From Tubulanus polymorphus (Eukaryota; Animalia; Nemertea): a stretch of DNA of 64,000 bases. The notes below the pieces were generated by a model. It was not told where the DNA came from. It saw nothing but the letters and a program-made list of their open reading frames with translations, and did no database searches. Within the stretch, counting starts at the first letter, position 1, and the number at the start of each line of letters is the position of its first letter. The translations under genes were made by a program, and so were the position numbers. The stretch lies in the NCBI RefSeq assembly GCF_964204645.1, contig NC_134032.1, positions 9,722,275-9,786,274 on the forward strand, in the 5' to 3' direction. Below are positions 50,842-60,671 of the stretch, in pieces.

Positions 50842-51099
50842 GGTTAGATGTCAAACAATGATGGTTGTCTAACATCGCTAGAATGCCGGGCTAGAATGCC
50901 TGTTGTATTTCATCTGAGATAAGCAGTTTATCCAAATTGGCATTAATTAACGGGTATCGTGGATGTTACGATTGACCAATGATATTCAAAATGGGGGGCC
51001 AGATTAAGTGTCTGGCATTACTTCATGAACGCCGATCAGTGTTCACCTCCTGTCGATATCATACTAAGGTAGAACTCTGTAGTCTACCCCTTCAAAAGT

Positions 51100-52320
51100 T
51101 CGACGCTTCCAGAACAATTGCAAACATGCGATCTGTAATACAACAGATACAGCTATTTAACAGTCTTATCAAGCCAATACTTATATACGGTAGTGAAGTT
51201 TGGGGTCTTACAGGAATAACACCACTTATCAAAAATAATATGACAATTTACCTCTTGCGGCCCGCTTTAATCTAACAATAGCACAAAAAACGATGAATAG
51301 ATTCTGTCGTTCCATTCTTGGTGTACATGCCAAAACACCTACTTTACCGGTACTAGGAGACCTTGGTATTTACCCGGTCTATGTTGATAGTTTGACATCC
51401 TCAGTGAAATATTGGTTAACAGTCACGTCAAAGTATAATCATAACTCCCTTGTTTATCAAGCTATGCTAGAATCCTACTCCATGTATAAAGATAAAAATG
51501 TCATTAACTCAATATCTGCTATTCACGCAATACTTAATTACTTTGGATACTCTGAACTATGGCACAATAATGGGTCCCGGAATATTGTAAAAGCTACCAA
51601 ATCAATTAGACTATCTTTACAGGCTGACTTCAGAAATTATTGGAAAAATGAAATATCAGATTCAAAACATAGTAGATACCAATTTTATAACAAATATATG
51701 ACTGACTTTAAACTAGAAAAATATCTCATGTCTAATGATTTTTACCAAAAGTCAACAATGGCTAATTAAGTTAAGGACTAGTTCTCATAACCTCATGATT
51801 GAAAAAAGGGCGGCACCTATCAATAACTACTGAAAACCGTCTGTGTATAGTATGTAACGCTATAGAGGATGAGGAACATTTCCTATTCAACTGCACTAAA
51901 TTTGATGAATAAAGAAAGACATACAGACTTGATACACAAACTTTGATGGAAATTTTCAATTCAAACAATAACCCGAACATTTACTAAAATTTACCAAAGT
52001 CTGTATGTCCCTGCTGTAAGGTCCATTATCTAAAGTTGCCATAGCTATCTTTTTCTGTAAACAATCTATATTAATATGTGTATGTGTGTGTATATATGTA
52101 TAACTGCCGATATAGTATTTTTTGTTGAAACTTTCGAGCCATGCATATAGTCTATCGTATTACATGTATATCTGTTTTTATATTATTTTTGTGTGCTTGT
52201 TTATCAGATGTTAATGATTACTATTATTTTATATTTCTCACTCTGTAAAATTTATGTATGTATAAATGTCAGTCACAAACAGTGCAATTGTTTATACTGA
52301 ATAAATATTTGAATTGAATT
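51100..52320 (+). pseudogene. 5'-truncated, frameshifted non-LTR retrotransposon (LINE) ORF2 C-terminus and 3' tail
   Basis: LFNSLIKPILIYGSEVWG, RFCRSILGV...VLGDLG.YP, SSHNLMIEKGR and RLCIVCNAIEDEEHFLFNC (C-terminal Zn knuckle) in shifting frames; aataaa followed by a (ttgaa)n tail at ~52300-52320. Confidence 0.88.
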
Positions 52321-52511
52321 GCGAATTGCGACCCGTTTGTTGACGTCCTCTATCCACCTGCAGTTTATAAATGTCTTCCTGTCTTGTTAGGCTTCAGAAA
52401 AACAGATCTTCAGAGACAACTATTTCTATGATCAGATCATTTTTTATTCCTTTTCGAGCTTGAACCAATTAAACAATGTGGTGAATAATTGAAATAGATC
52501 GAGTATCGATG

Positions 52512-52951
52512 TTAGTTAGGACAGCAAAAGCCAATAAATCTTGAGCAACACAAGTTTCGTGCGGGTCCACCAATCAGCCAATAGGTTGACGACTTTCCCT
52601 CACAGGTGCAATGAACTCCTCTCTTTTCAACCTCAACTTCTGCAATAACAATATTGATAAAAAGTCGCATTTTCCAAGCCTCTCTTCCTTGTATGACATC
52701 TCCAACGCCGCTGCGCCCGATGTGATGTACAAGGGACCTCCAATTATCGTGATGTACATTTAGTTCGTCCAGGAAAGTTAACGTTTCGCTTGGCATCAAC
52801 TTACGATCAAGTTCTGGACTCGATTTATATATGACTTGAATTCAATTAAACTCGGAATTTCACAGGATAATTTTGAACAAAAGTTACCTTCTGCAGCGAT
52901 GGCTCCAATGACCATAAACAAGGCCAAGGCGATGAAAAGAGTCTTGTACAT
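52512..52951 (-). CDS. Secreted six-cysteine peptide precursor (63 aa), similar to sea-anemone APETx/BDS beta-defensin-fold toxins; coding exons 52951-52888 and 52639-52512
   Basis: Spliced product MYKTLFIALALFMVIGAIAAEEVEVEKR|GVHCTCEGKSSTYWLIGGPARNLCCSRFIGFCCPN. Acceptor tttcAG at 52956-52955, donor G|GTAACT at 52887, acceptor ttgcAG at 52641-52640, phase-1 consistent. AATAAA at 52448-52443; candidate upstream UTR-exon donor GTAGGT near 53413. Confidence 0.85.
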
Positions 52952-54265
52952 ACTCTGAAAGTAGATGAGAATTTCTATGATACATTTATTTCATTTCTAA
53001 AAAGTAGAATACAGCAACTGTTGGCTGCTTTCATTTATTTTACTACTCTCTTTGTCTGATAAAGATAGTATTTGAGTAAATGTTATTTTTTGATCTAGAA
53101 ATCAGAAAGCAACGCTAGACCCCTCTGTAGGCATTCGAACCTGATATTATCATGACACTGCCTCCATGCGAAACCCTGTCGCGGTAAACCTATCCCCAAC
53201 AGGCATGCACACACTGTAGTAACGAACCTGGGGCCGGTTGCATGTAGTCACGGATAAGACCGGTCTTAGTTCTATAGCCAATCTAACAACTTAAGATCAG
53301 TCTAAAGATTTAAGTCCACTTTTGGAATTAAGCCACAACTTTGCAACCAGTCCCTGTTTCATTCCTGAGTCACCCCTACTTCTGCTACTCATATATAGAG
53401 CTTAGTCACCTACCACAGATTTTTTGAGCGTCTTGTTGATGCGATCCACAACAATGATTAAAGGCAGAAAATAATCGTTACATATAGTGTAGTGAGCGTT
53501 TTTTACATAAGCATCTTTGAAGAATTTTGGAATAAATCATCCAAGTTGCATCGGATATTCACATAATCCTGCTGAATATTTTCAGGCATGTAGGACTTAT
53601 ATAGAAGAAAAAATAATTTCAGAAAAAATAATTTCGTTTTCATTATTTCCATGAATCCTTTGTTTGAGTGTCATATGAAAGTCTTGTAGTCACATTTACA
53701 TGTATATTGTCACATGCTGCAAAAGGAAAGGGAAGACCGAAGAATCAAACCCAGCCAATTACAGACTGCGATTTCTGTGGTTACAAACATGCAGCCGGAA
53801 AAGAAAGATGTCCCGCGTATAGTTAAACCTGTCAGAACTGTAACGGTCGGAATTACTTTAAAGCAAAATGTAAGAAGTCGAAAATACACGCAGTGGATAT
53901 TTCGAGTGAAAAACCGCTCGACTATGGAGACGACTGCTGGCTTAATGCTGTGCAGGCTGACACGAAAGCGGTTTACATGCACGGATGCAAGTGAATGATT
54001 GCGATATCAAATTTCAAGTCGATAGCGGAACTGATACGAAACTGTTTGATGTGCCTCACTCTAGTTCGAATACCCTGTTCAGTTTGTGACAGAAAGTTTT
54101 CTGATCGTGGAAAGAAGGCTCTTCCAATCGTGATCGGTCCCCTCCCATAGATGAGCTCTTTCACCCATATTAAAGTCAAACATTTTAATTGAATTAGCAT
54201 GGAATATATTCAAATTTAGTAAGGTTATTCATAGGCGCCTAAATGTATTTTGCTTATTCTACTCT

Positions 54266-54671
54266 AGTAATAGGGGTAATGGGCTTTCAGATCAAAGGTC
54301 GAACGGTCGAGCCCATTAAAAAACAAAATATTAAAAGTAATTAAAAAACTATAATATATTTTCATAACCGCGTGCATTTTATATCAAAACTAAATATTTA
54401 TTCTAAGATATCAATAATATAAAAAGCATATTGTATTAAATCAATTGGTCGCTCCGCTTCGCCACCGCTCCGCTCCGCGACCAATTGATTTAATTACAAT
54501 ACACAAATTCAAATAATCAAATATATTCAAATGATAATAATTATTCTATTATTCAACTGAAATGCACGCGGTTATGAAAATATATTATAGTTTTTTAATT
54601 ACTTTTAATATATGTTATTAATGAACTCGATCATTAAACCTTTAACCCGAAAGCCCATTACCCCTATTACT
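54266..54671. repeat. 406-bp nested inverted repeat (fold-back)
   Basis: Perfect arms 54266-54288/54649-54671 (23 bp), 54328-54379/54560-54611 (52 bp) and 54435-54452/54477-54494 (18 bp) around the loop tccgcttcgccaccgctccgctcc. Confidence 0.95.
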
Positions 54672-54751
54672 CTTAAAATATTCACATAAATGAATAACAT
54701 TTAAATCATTGAACTTCTAAAATCAATTTTAATAAAAAATATAGTATTAAA

Positions 54752-54925
54752 ATGGAAGCAAATAAGTACTACTGCCCAACATGTAATATTGATATAGACA
54801 AGTCTCAAAAAGCAAGACACAATAAAACTAAAACACATTTGTTTTTAATCCAGTTGGTTAAAGCAAAAACATTTATCGAATTAAGGAACTCAACACATAG
54901 TGAAAAATATGTTGAATCGTTATAA
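54752..54925 (+). CDS. 57-aa single C2H2-type zinc-finger microprotein (below the ORF-track cutoff)
   Basis: MEANKYYCPTCNIDIDKSQKARHNKTKTHLFLIQLVKAKTFIELRNSTHSEKYVESL*; C-x2-C-x11-H-x5-H; preceded by TAAAATG. Confidence 0.65.
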   Translation: MEANKYYCPTCNIDIDKSQKARHNKTKTHLFLIQLVKAKTFIELRNSTHSEKYVESL

Positions 54926-55880
54926 ACACCCGATAATACTCAGCTATATAGTTGGTTGTATTAGCTCTAGTAAACATATGTTACCAGCTTATATTTCAAT
55001 TGTAAAGAGTTAATTAATTTCATTAATCTAAATGCTTTTATTATTGTTTTTTTTCAACTTCAACACGTTGTGTATACAGCGAACGTAGCGAATCACAAAT
55101 CTCATAATTTACAAGTCCCAACACGCTTGTTCTAGATGTTTATACTAGAACATGATTCTATTTGAGCCTATATACATTCAATGTACAGAGCCATAGAATA
55201 AATCTATAAATTCACAGCTGTTACAGTTGTTACTATAACGACGAGACATTATTACACGTCATAATCAGAAACGTGTAGAATATTCTAGAACCGGAACTAG
55301 ATGGCGTGGTATAATCAACGACGTGTCATTCTAGAAATCACCCCGGAAATGGATATACGCTGTAATATTGTGCTCAGGATATTCTATCTTTCGAAACGAA
55401 ATAAGGAGTTTATAGTTTACAATTATAAATCTAAATGTAAGTACTGTTTGTTGTAGTTATTAAGGCTATTAAATACGAAACCTTTAGATATATTTAAGCG
55501 TATTTAGAATATCTTTTAGATTGCTAGAGTTACCGCTAATATCTTTTAGGTTAATAAAACGTCATACACATCAAGAAGCGATAGAGAAACTCAAGATACT
55601 CTTTCTGACTGAGGAATCAACAGCAATGGATATCAAACCAATAGAAATTAGCACAAGAAACACAAGAATCGCCAAAGATCGTCGAAGAAACTATATAAGA
55701 ATTTCAAAAACATTAAGACTCCAATGATTAAGTTTAACATTTGTTGATGTAGTTAAATATTTACCAGCAATTGAAAAAATGTTTGTAATTATAAATTGTA
55801 TTTATAGAAATCAAATGATGTATTGGAAGAAACGGCCGAACAACTTGTATAATGTATTGTGTAAATCTGATTGATGAATT

Positions 55881-56350
55881 TTTATGTTCGGTCGTTTCTA
55901 TTCAGAATGAATATATAATTATGATTAGCGCATGCGCATTAAGCAAAAACGCTCCTATAAGAGCGGTTTTGCCTAATGCGAACACGTTTAGATATTTTAT
56001 GTCGGTCGTTTCTATTTACATAATTATATATTCATTATGTAAATATAATTATGATTAGCGCATGCGCATTAAGCAAAAGCGCTCCTATAAGAGCGGTTTT
56101 GCCTAGTACACATGCGTTTGAATTTTCTATGTTCAGTTGTTTCTATTTCTAGAATGAATATATAATTATAATTAACGCATGCGCATTGATCAAAAGCGCG
56201 CACGAATGCGCGGTTTTGCCTAATGTGAACACGTTTTGATATTTTCTGTGTTCGGTCGTTTCTATTTTACAGAATTTACAGAATGAATATATAATTATGA
56301 TTAGCGCATGCGCATTAAGCAAAAGCGCGCATGAATGCGCGCTTTTGCCC
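55881..56350 (+). repeat. Four tandem ~117-130-bp units, each with a (G/A)CGCATGCGC motif and a stem-loop
   Basis: Motifs at 55928, 56058, 56175 and 56304; hairpins at 55943-55972, 56073-56102, 56191-56218 and 56319-56348. Confidence 0.93.
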
Positions 56351-56487
56351 AGTGGTATTATTTAGATATCAGGAAATCGAAACTGACTTATCAAAAGCAG
56401 CGAGGAATGAAAAAGGATGACGTTAGTCGGAGAAATGGAAGAGGATTATAAAATATTAACCAATTTAGTAAAAAATACGTATAATAA

Positions 56488-57153
56488 ATGGAACCAGAAC
56501 AACCACAAATTATCAATATTACAAATAACACTGGCGTTATAAACATATATTACAAGAAGTGTTCTAAATGTGAATTAAATAAATCATTAACAGAATTTAG
56601 TAAGCGTAAGATTAGCAAAGATGGTTTTCAAAATTGTTGTAAAACTTGTGCTAAACTATACACCAAACAATATCGAGAAGATAATATAAAACATTATAAT
56701 TATTATATGACAAAATATATGAGAGAAAGATATCAAACAGATCTTAATTTTAGATTGAAACAATGCTTAAGGACTAGAATAACACAATTATTCAACAAAG
56801 AAACACATTCAGAAACATTAACTAATTTGTTGGGTTGTTCAGATGAATTTCTCAAATCATGGATTATATATCAATTCGATGATAAAATGAATATAGATAA
56901 TTATGGGGATTATTACCACATTGATCACGTGTTACCAATATCTAAATTTAACATGAATGATGAATACAATAAAAAACTTATTTGGGGTTGGAAAAATTTA
57001 AGACCTTTAGAAAAGAAAGAAAATCAAACCAAATCTAATAAACTAGATTTACAGTTATATTTAGAACAGTTAACAAAAGCAAAGAAATTTATTGATCAAT
57101 GGAATAATAATCCAAATAATGAACAATACGTTGAGTTTTTAATGAGTGGTTAA
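56488..57153 (+). CDS. Zn-ribbon plus HNH-like (endonuclease VII-like) nuclease of the type common in giant DNA viruses and phages
   Basis: KKCSKC...EF.K...SKDG.Q..CKTC N-terminus; YHIDHVLPISKF...WKNLRPLEKKENQTKSNK HNH-type core. Confidence 0.8.
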   Translation: MEPEQPQIINITNNTGVINIYYKKCSKCELNKSLTEFSKRKISKDGFQNCCKTCAKLYTKQYREDNIKHYNYYMTKYMRERYQTDLNFRLKQCLRTRITQLFNKETHSETLTNLLGCSDEFLKSWIIYQFDDKMNIDNYGDYYHIDHVLPISKFNMNDEYNKKLIWGWKNLRPLEKKENQTKSNKLDLQLYLEQLTKAKKFIDQWNNNPNNEQYVEFLMSG

Positions 57154-57378
57154 AGAATAATATATCTCAAATAAAATATAATAAAAATTACATACCTTCA
57201 ACTATCTATTATTTCTATTTTAATTTTTAATATTTTCTTTTCAAAAAAGAATACTTTATATCACAAATAAAAAATACTAAAAAAACAATAACTAATACTA
57301 GAATTCTTTAGCTTTAACTAGCTAGTATCATTTGAAGAATACTTATAATACTATTCTTATTAAATTTCTCTAATATAA

Positions 57379-57981
57379 ATGTCTAAGAAATCGAATAAGA
57401 ATAGTATTGATATTGAAAAGACATTAGATGATTTGGGTATAAGTGATAATAAAGATACAGTTGCAACTAATTGTGCTCAAGTTAATAACAATATAGATTA
57501 TGAATACTATTTATATTGTAAGCATCATCTTGAATTATTAATTGCTGGCGGGAAATCTAAGGACTTCTTAGGAAAAATAATAACTTTTCAAGAATTAGAT
57601 AATATGAACAAAGAAAAAGTAATAAAATATTTTAAGATTTATGAAGAGTCAAGATTAGCTAGAATAAACGACTCTATAAGTGATGGTATTGTCAAATGTT
57701 ATTCTAAATTATGTAACCAGTTAATACCAATTGATGATGAAAATAAATTATATAATGATTTGAAAAATGACTATTTAGTTATGACTGAATTACAAAAATG
57801 GGTTGGATACGCTTCATTTCAATTAGGATCGGTTATGACATTAATTTCTACTGGAGTTATAACATTTTCGAACATCAAACCTATGGAATATAAATCAGGT
57901 AAGAACGAAACAGATGTACTACAACAAAACGTCGAAACAGAAAATGAATCAGAACAAAAATTAACTAAAATAAATGAGTGA
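57379..57981 (+). CDS. Viral hypothetical protein with a C-terminal hydrophobic segment
   Basis: Intact 200-aa ORF with TAAATG start and hydrophobic stretch VGYASFQLGSVMTLISTGVITF. Resembles uncharacterised ORFs of invertebrate Polinton-like elements (from memory, unverified). Confidence 0.75.
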   Translation: MSKKSNKNSIDIEKTLDDLGISDNKDTVATNCAQVNNNIDYEYYLYCKHHLELLIAGGKSKDFLGKIITFQELDNMNKEKVIKYFKIYEESRLARINDSISDGIVKCYSKLCNQLIPIDDENKLYNDLKNDYLVMTELQKWVGYASFQLGSVMTLISTGVITFSNIKPMEYKSGKNETDVLQQNVETENESEQKLTKINE

Positions 57982-58360
57982 TGGAGTTAAGAAAAAGGCT
58001 AGATCCGAGAAACAAATTAAATGGGCAAGAGAATTAGGTAAAAGATCATCAGAATTAAAAAAAGCTAAGAAAAAGAAATTAACTGATATAAATGAATCAC
58101 AGAAATTATCTGATGGTGCCGTACAGCACCCACACGGTGGTATTGAAACAAATAATAATCCATCTAATAGATTCAGCACAGCTGAATCTCATAATTACTT
58201 ATATATTACAATTGGGTTAATCACAATTATTATATTATCCGGTGTAATATATAAATCAAAATTCAAATCCGATGATAAAGATGATTCTAATGATAATAAA
58301 CCTATCATACCAGAAAATAAATCAAATGAAACTAAATATAAAATATTATTAATGGATTAA
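57974..58360 (+). CDS. Small basic single-pass membrane protein
   Basis: Lys-rich N-terminus, TM segment YLYITIGLITIIILSGVIY, TAAATG start overlapping the upstream ORF. Confidence 0.75.
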   Translation: MSDGVKKKARSEKQIKWARELGKRSSELKKAKKKKLTDINESQKLSDGAVQHPHGGIETNNNPSNRFSTAESHNYLYITIGLITIIILSGVIYKSKFKSDDKDDSNDNKPIIPENKSNETKYKILLMD

Positions 58361-58363
58361 AAT

Positions 58364-59452
58364 ATGATGAAAAAAGAACAATATTTAAGAGAGTTATATT
58401 ATAACCCAGAAAGTGAAGTATCATATTCAAGTGTTTCGGAATTATGGGATAAAATTAAATCTGATAAAGAAAAAATAAAATATAGTGAATTAAAATCATG
58501 GTTACAAAATCAACCCACATATCAAATTCATAAAAAGATGGATAAAAAATATTTAACAAGAAAAGTTATGGTTTCATATATCGATCAGCAATGGCAAGCT
58601 GATTTAATTGACATGAAAAACTTAGAAGAATATAACAAAGGATATTTCTGGATACTAAATGTTATAGATATATTCAGTAGATACGCATGGAGTATCCCGA
58701 TTAAAAATAAAACTGGTGTAGAAGTAACAATTGCTTTCAGATTAATATTTAAAGAAGCTATTCCAGATAAGATACAATTTGATGAAGGTAAGGAATTTTA
58801 TAACAAACATTTTAAAAAACTATTAACTGATAACGATGTAGAATATTTTTCAACACATTCAGATAAAAAAGCATCTGTTATAGAAAGATTTAATAAAACA
58901 TTGAAAACTAGAATGTGGAAATATTTCACCGCTAATGAAACATATAAATATATCGATGTGTTAGATGATTTAGTTAAAGGTTATAATAATTCTAAACATA
59001 GTTCTATAAATATGAAACCTATACAAGCTAGAAAAGAAGAAAATTCAGAAATAGTTTGGAATAATTTATATGGAGCATTTGTTACACATGATTTTGGAGA
59101 ACCTAAATTTAAAATAGGACAACACGTTAGAATTTCTAAATATCGAAAAACATTTTATAAAGGTTATACCCCTAATTTTACAGAAGAAATATTTAAAATT
59201 AAAAAGATAATATTAACTAAACCATTTGTTTATAAATTGTTTGATTTAAAAGATGAAGAAATATTAGGTTATTTTTATGAACAAGAATTATCATTAGTAC
59301 CAAATCCAGATGAAATAGAATACAAAATAGAAAAGGTATTGAAAACAAAAACTCTTAAAGGAAAAAAGTATTCTTTGGTGAAATATAAAGGATATGATGA
59401 TAAATTTAATGAATGGATTTTATCTAGTAAAATTAAAAGAATAAATGAATAA
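58364..59452 (+). CDS. Retroviral-like (rve, DDE) integrase with C-terminal chromodomain, Polinton c-integrase type
   Basis: WQADLIDM, VIDIFSRYAW, IQFDEGKEF and SVIERFNKTLK give an intact D-D-E triad; YKIEKVL...YSLVKYKGYDDKFNEWI chromodomain. Confidence 0.96.
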   Translation: MMKKEQYLRELYYNPESEVSYSSVSELWDKIKSDKEKIKYSELKSWLQNQPTYQIHKKMDKKYLTRKVMVSYIDQQWQADLIDMKNLEEYNKGYFWILNVIDIFSRYAWSIPIKNKTGVEVTIAFRLIFKEAIPDKIQFDEGKEFYNKHFKKLLTDNDVEYFSTHSDKKASVIERFNKTLKTRMWKYFTANETYKYIDVLDDLVKGYNNSKHSSINMKPIQARKEENSEIVWNNLYGAFVTHDFGEPKFKIGQHVRISKYRKTFYKGYTPNFTEEIFKIKKIILTKPFVYKLFDLKDEEILGYFYEQELSLVPNPDEIEYKIEKVLKTKTLKGKKYSLVKYKGYDDKFNEWILSSKIKRINE

Positions 59453-60056
59453 AGATTTATTTATATTTGAACCGCATAATATGTTAGTTACTGGAGTTAC
59501 GAATTGTGGTAAAACACATTTCATATTAGACTTGTTAGAAACTATTTATAAAAATCATTTTGATAATATAATATTATTCTGCCCAACTTATGAAATGAAT
59601 AAAACATATAATAGAGATATAGTTAAGATAAAAAAGTTTATTATATTAGACCCTAAAACAGTAAAAGAAAATTTAGATAATTGTATAAAAATTACATTAG
59701 ATATTTATAAAGGATCAAATACATTATATATTATTGATGATTGCGCAAATTTACATGATTCTAAAATTAAAGAAAGCGAGTTATGTTATTTAGCTTTCTC
59801 TGGTAGACATTTTGGGATAACAACATGGGTTTTAAATCAAAAATATAATTCAATTGTTAAAGATTTTAGAGAGAATATAAGATTTCTAGTTTTATTTTAT
59901 AACAAAGATAGAAAATCTATGCAACAATCATTGGAAGAAAATCAAATTATACCTACTGAATTACATGATGAATATATTAATAAATTAAAAAATAATAAAG
60001 GTTCAAAATTATTAATGAGATTACAATTTCCCTATGAATATAAATTTATAAAATAA
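59445..60056 (+). CDS. A32/FtsK-HerA-type DNA packaging ATPase
   Basis: Walker A GVTNCGKT, Walker B YIIDD, SGRH arginine finger, WVLNQ sensor, FRENI. Confidence 0.93.
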   Translation: MNKDLFIFEPHNMLVTGVTNCGKTHFILDLLETIYKNHFDNIILFCPTYEMNKTYNRDIVKIKKFIILDPKTVKENLDNCIKITLDIYKGSNTLYIIDDCANLHDSKIKESELCYLAFSGRHFGITTWVLNQKYNSIVKDFRENIRFLVLFYNKDRKSMQQSLEENQIIPTELHDEYINKLKNNKGSKLLMRLQFPYEYKFIK

Positions 60057-60072
60057 AATCCTAATTCAAAAT

Positions 60073-60667
60073 ATTATAGAATTAGATATATATTAGATAC
60101 TGTATATTGATGGATGAGTGGATGAATTGGATGAATTGGATGAATTGGAAGAGTGGATGAATGGAAGAGTGTAATAATATATAATTTACATATGTTTTTT
60201 ATTTTTAAAACAGTAAGAGTTTGATTTGAAGATGTCATATAATAATAAATATATTTTTATAAAATAATAAAATGACAGATAATAAATGACATATAATAAA
60301 AAATATATTTTCATAAAATAATAAATAATAAAATGATAAATAATAAAATGATAAATAATAAATATATTTTTATAAAATAATAAATAATAAAATGATAAAT
60401 AATAAAATGATAAATAATAAATATATTTTTATAAAATAATAAATAATAAAATGATAAATAATAAATGTCATATAATAATAAATATATATTGTGTTAAATT
60501 TAATAAAGAATAAAAATATTATATTTATACTCATACTATTCTTCCAATTTATGTGTTAAAAAGTAAAATATATATATTATTATACTCATTCACTCTTCCA
60601 CTCATCCAATTCATCCAACTCTTCCAACTCATCCATTCATCCATCAATATACAGTGAATTCTATAAT
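60073..60667. repeat. Large imperfect inverted repeat between convergent genes, with internal AT-rich tandem repeats
   Basis: actgtatattgatggatga (from 60099) vs tcatccatcaatatacagt (to 60655); attatagaatt vs aattctataat; mirrored ggatgaatt/aattcatcc repeats; internal aaataataaaatgat repeats. Confidence 0.9.
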
Positions 60668-60671
60668 CTTT

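Noticed and set aside
52512-54265. Toxin-like gene as cargo of the Polinton-like virus
   Set aside because: It has spliceosomal introns, host-like composition and host MITEs, and lies outside the AT-rich region and the terminal fold-back.
55521-55727. 68-aa ORF in the virus left arm
   Set aside because: Non-ATG start, no motif, no TAAATG; may be a decayed gene but cannot be supported.
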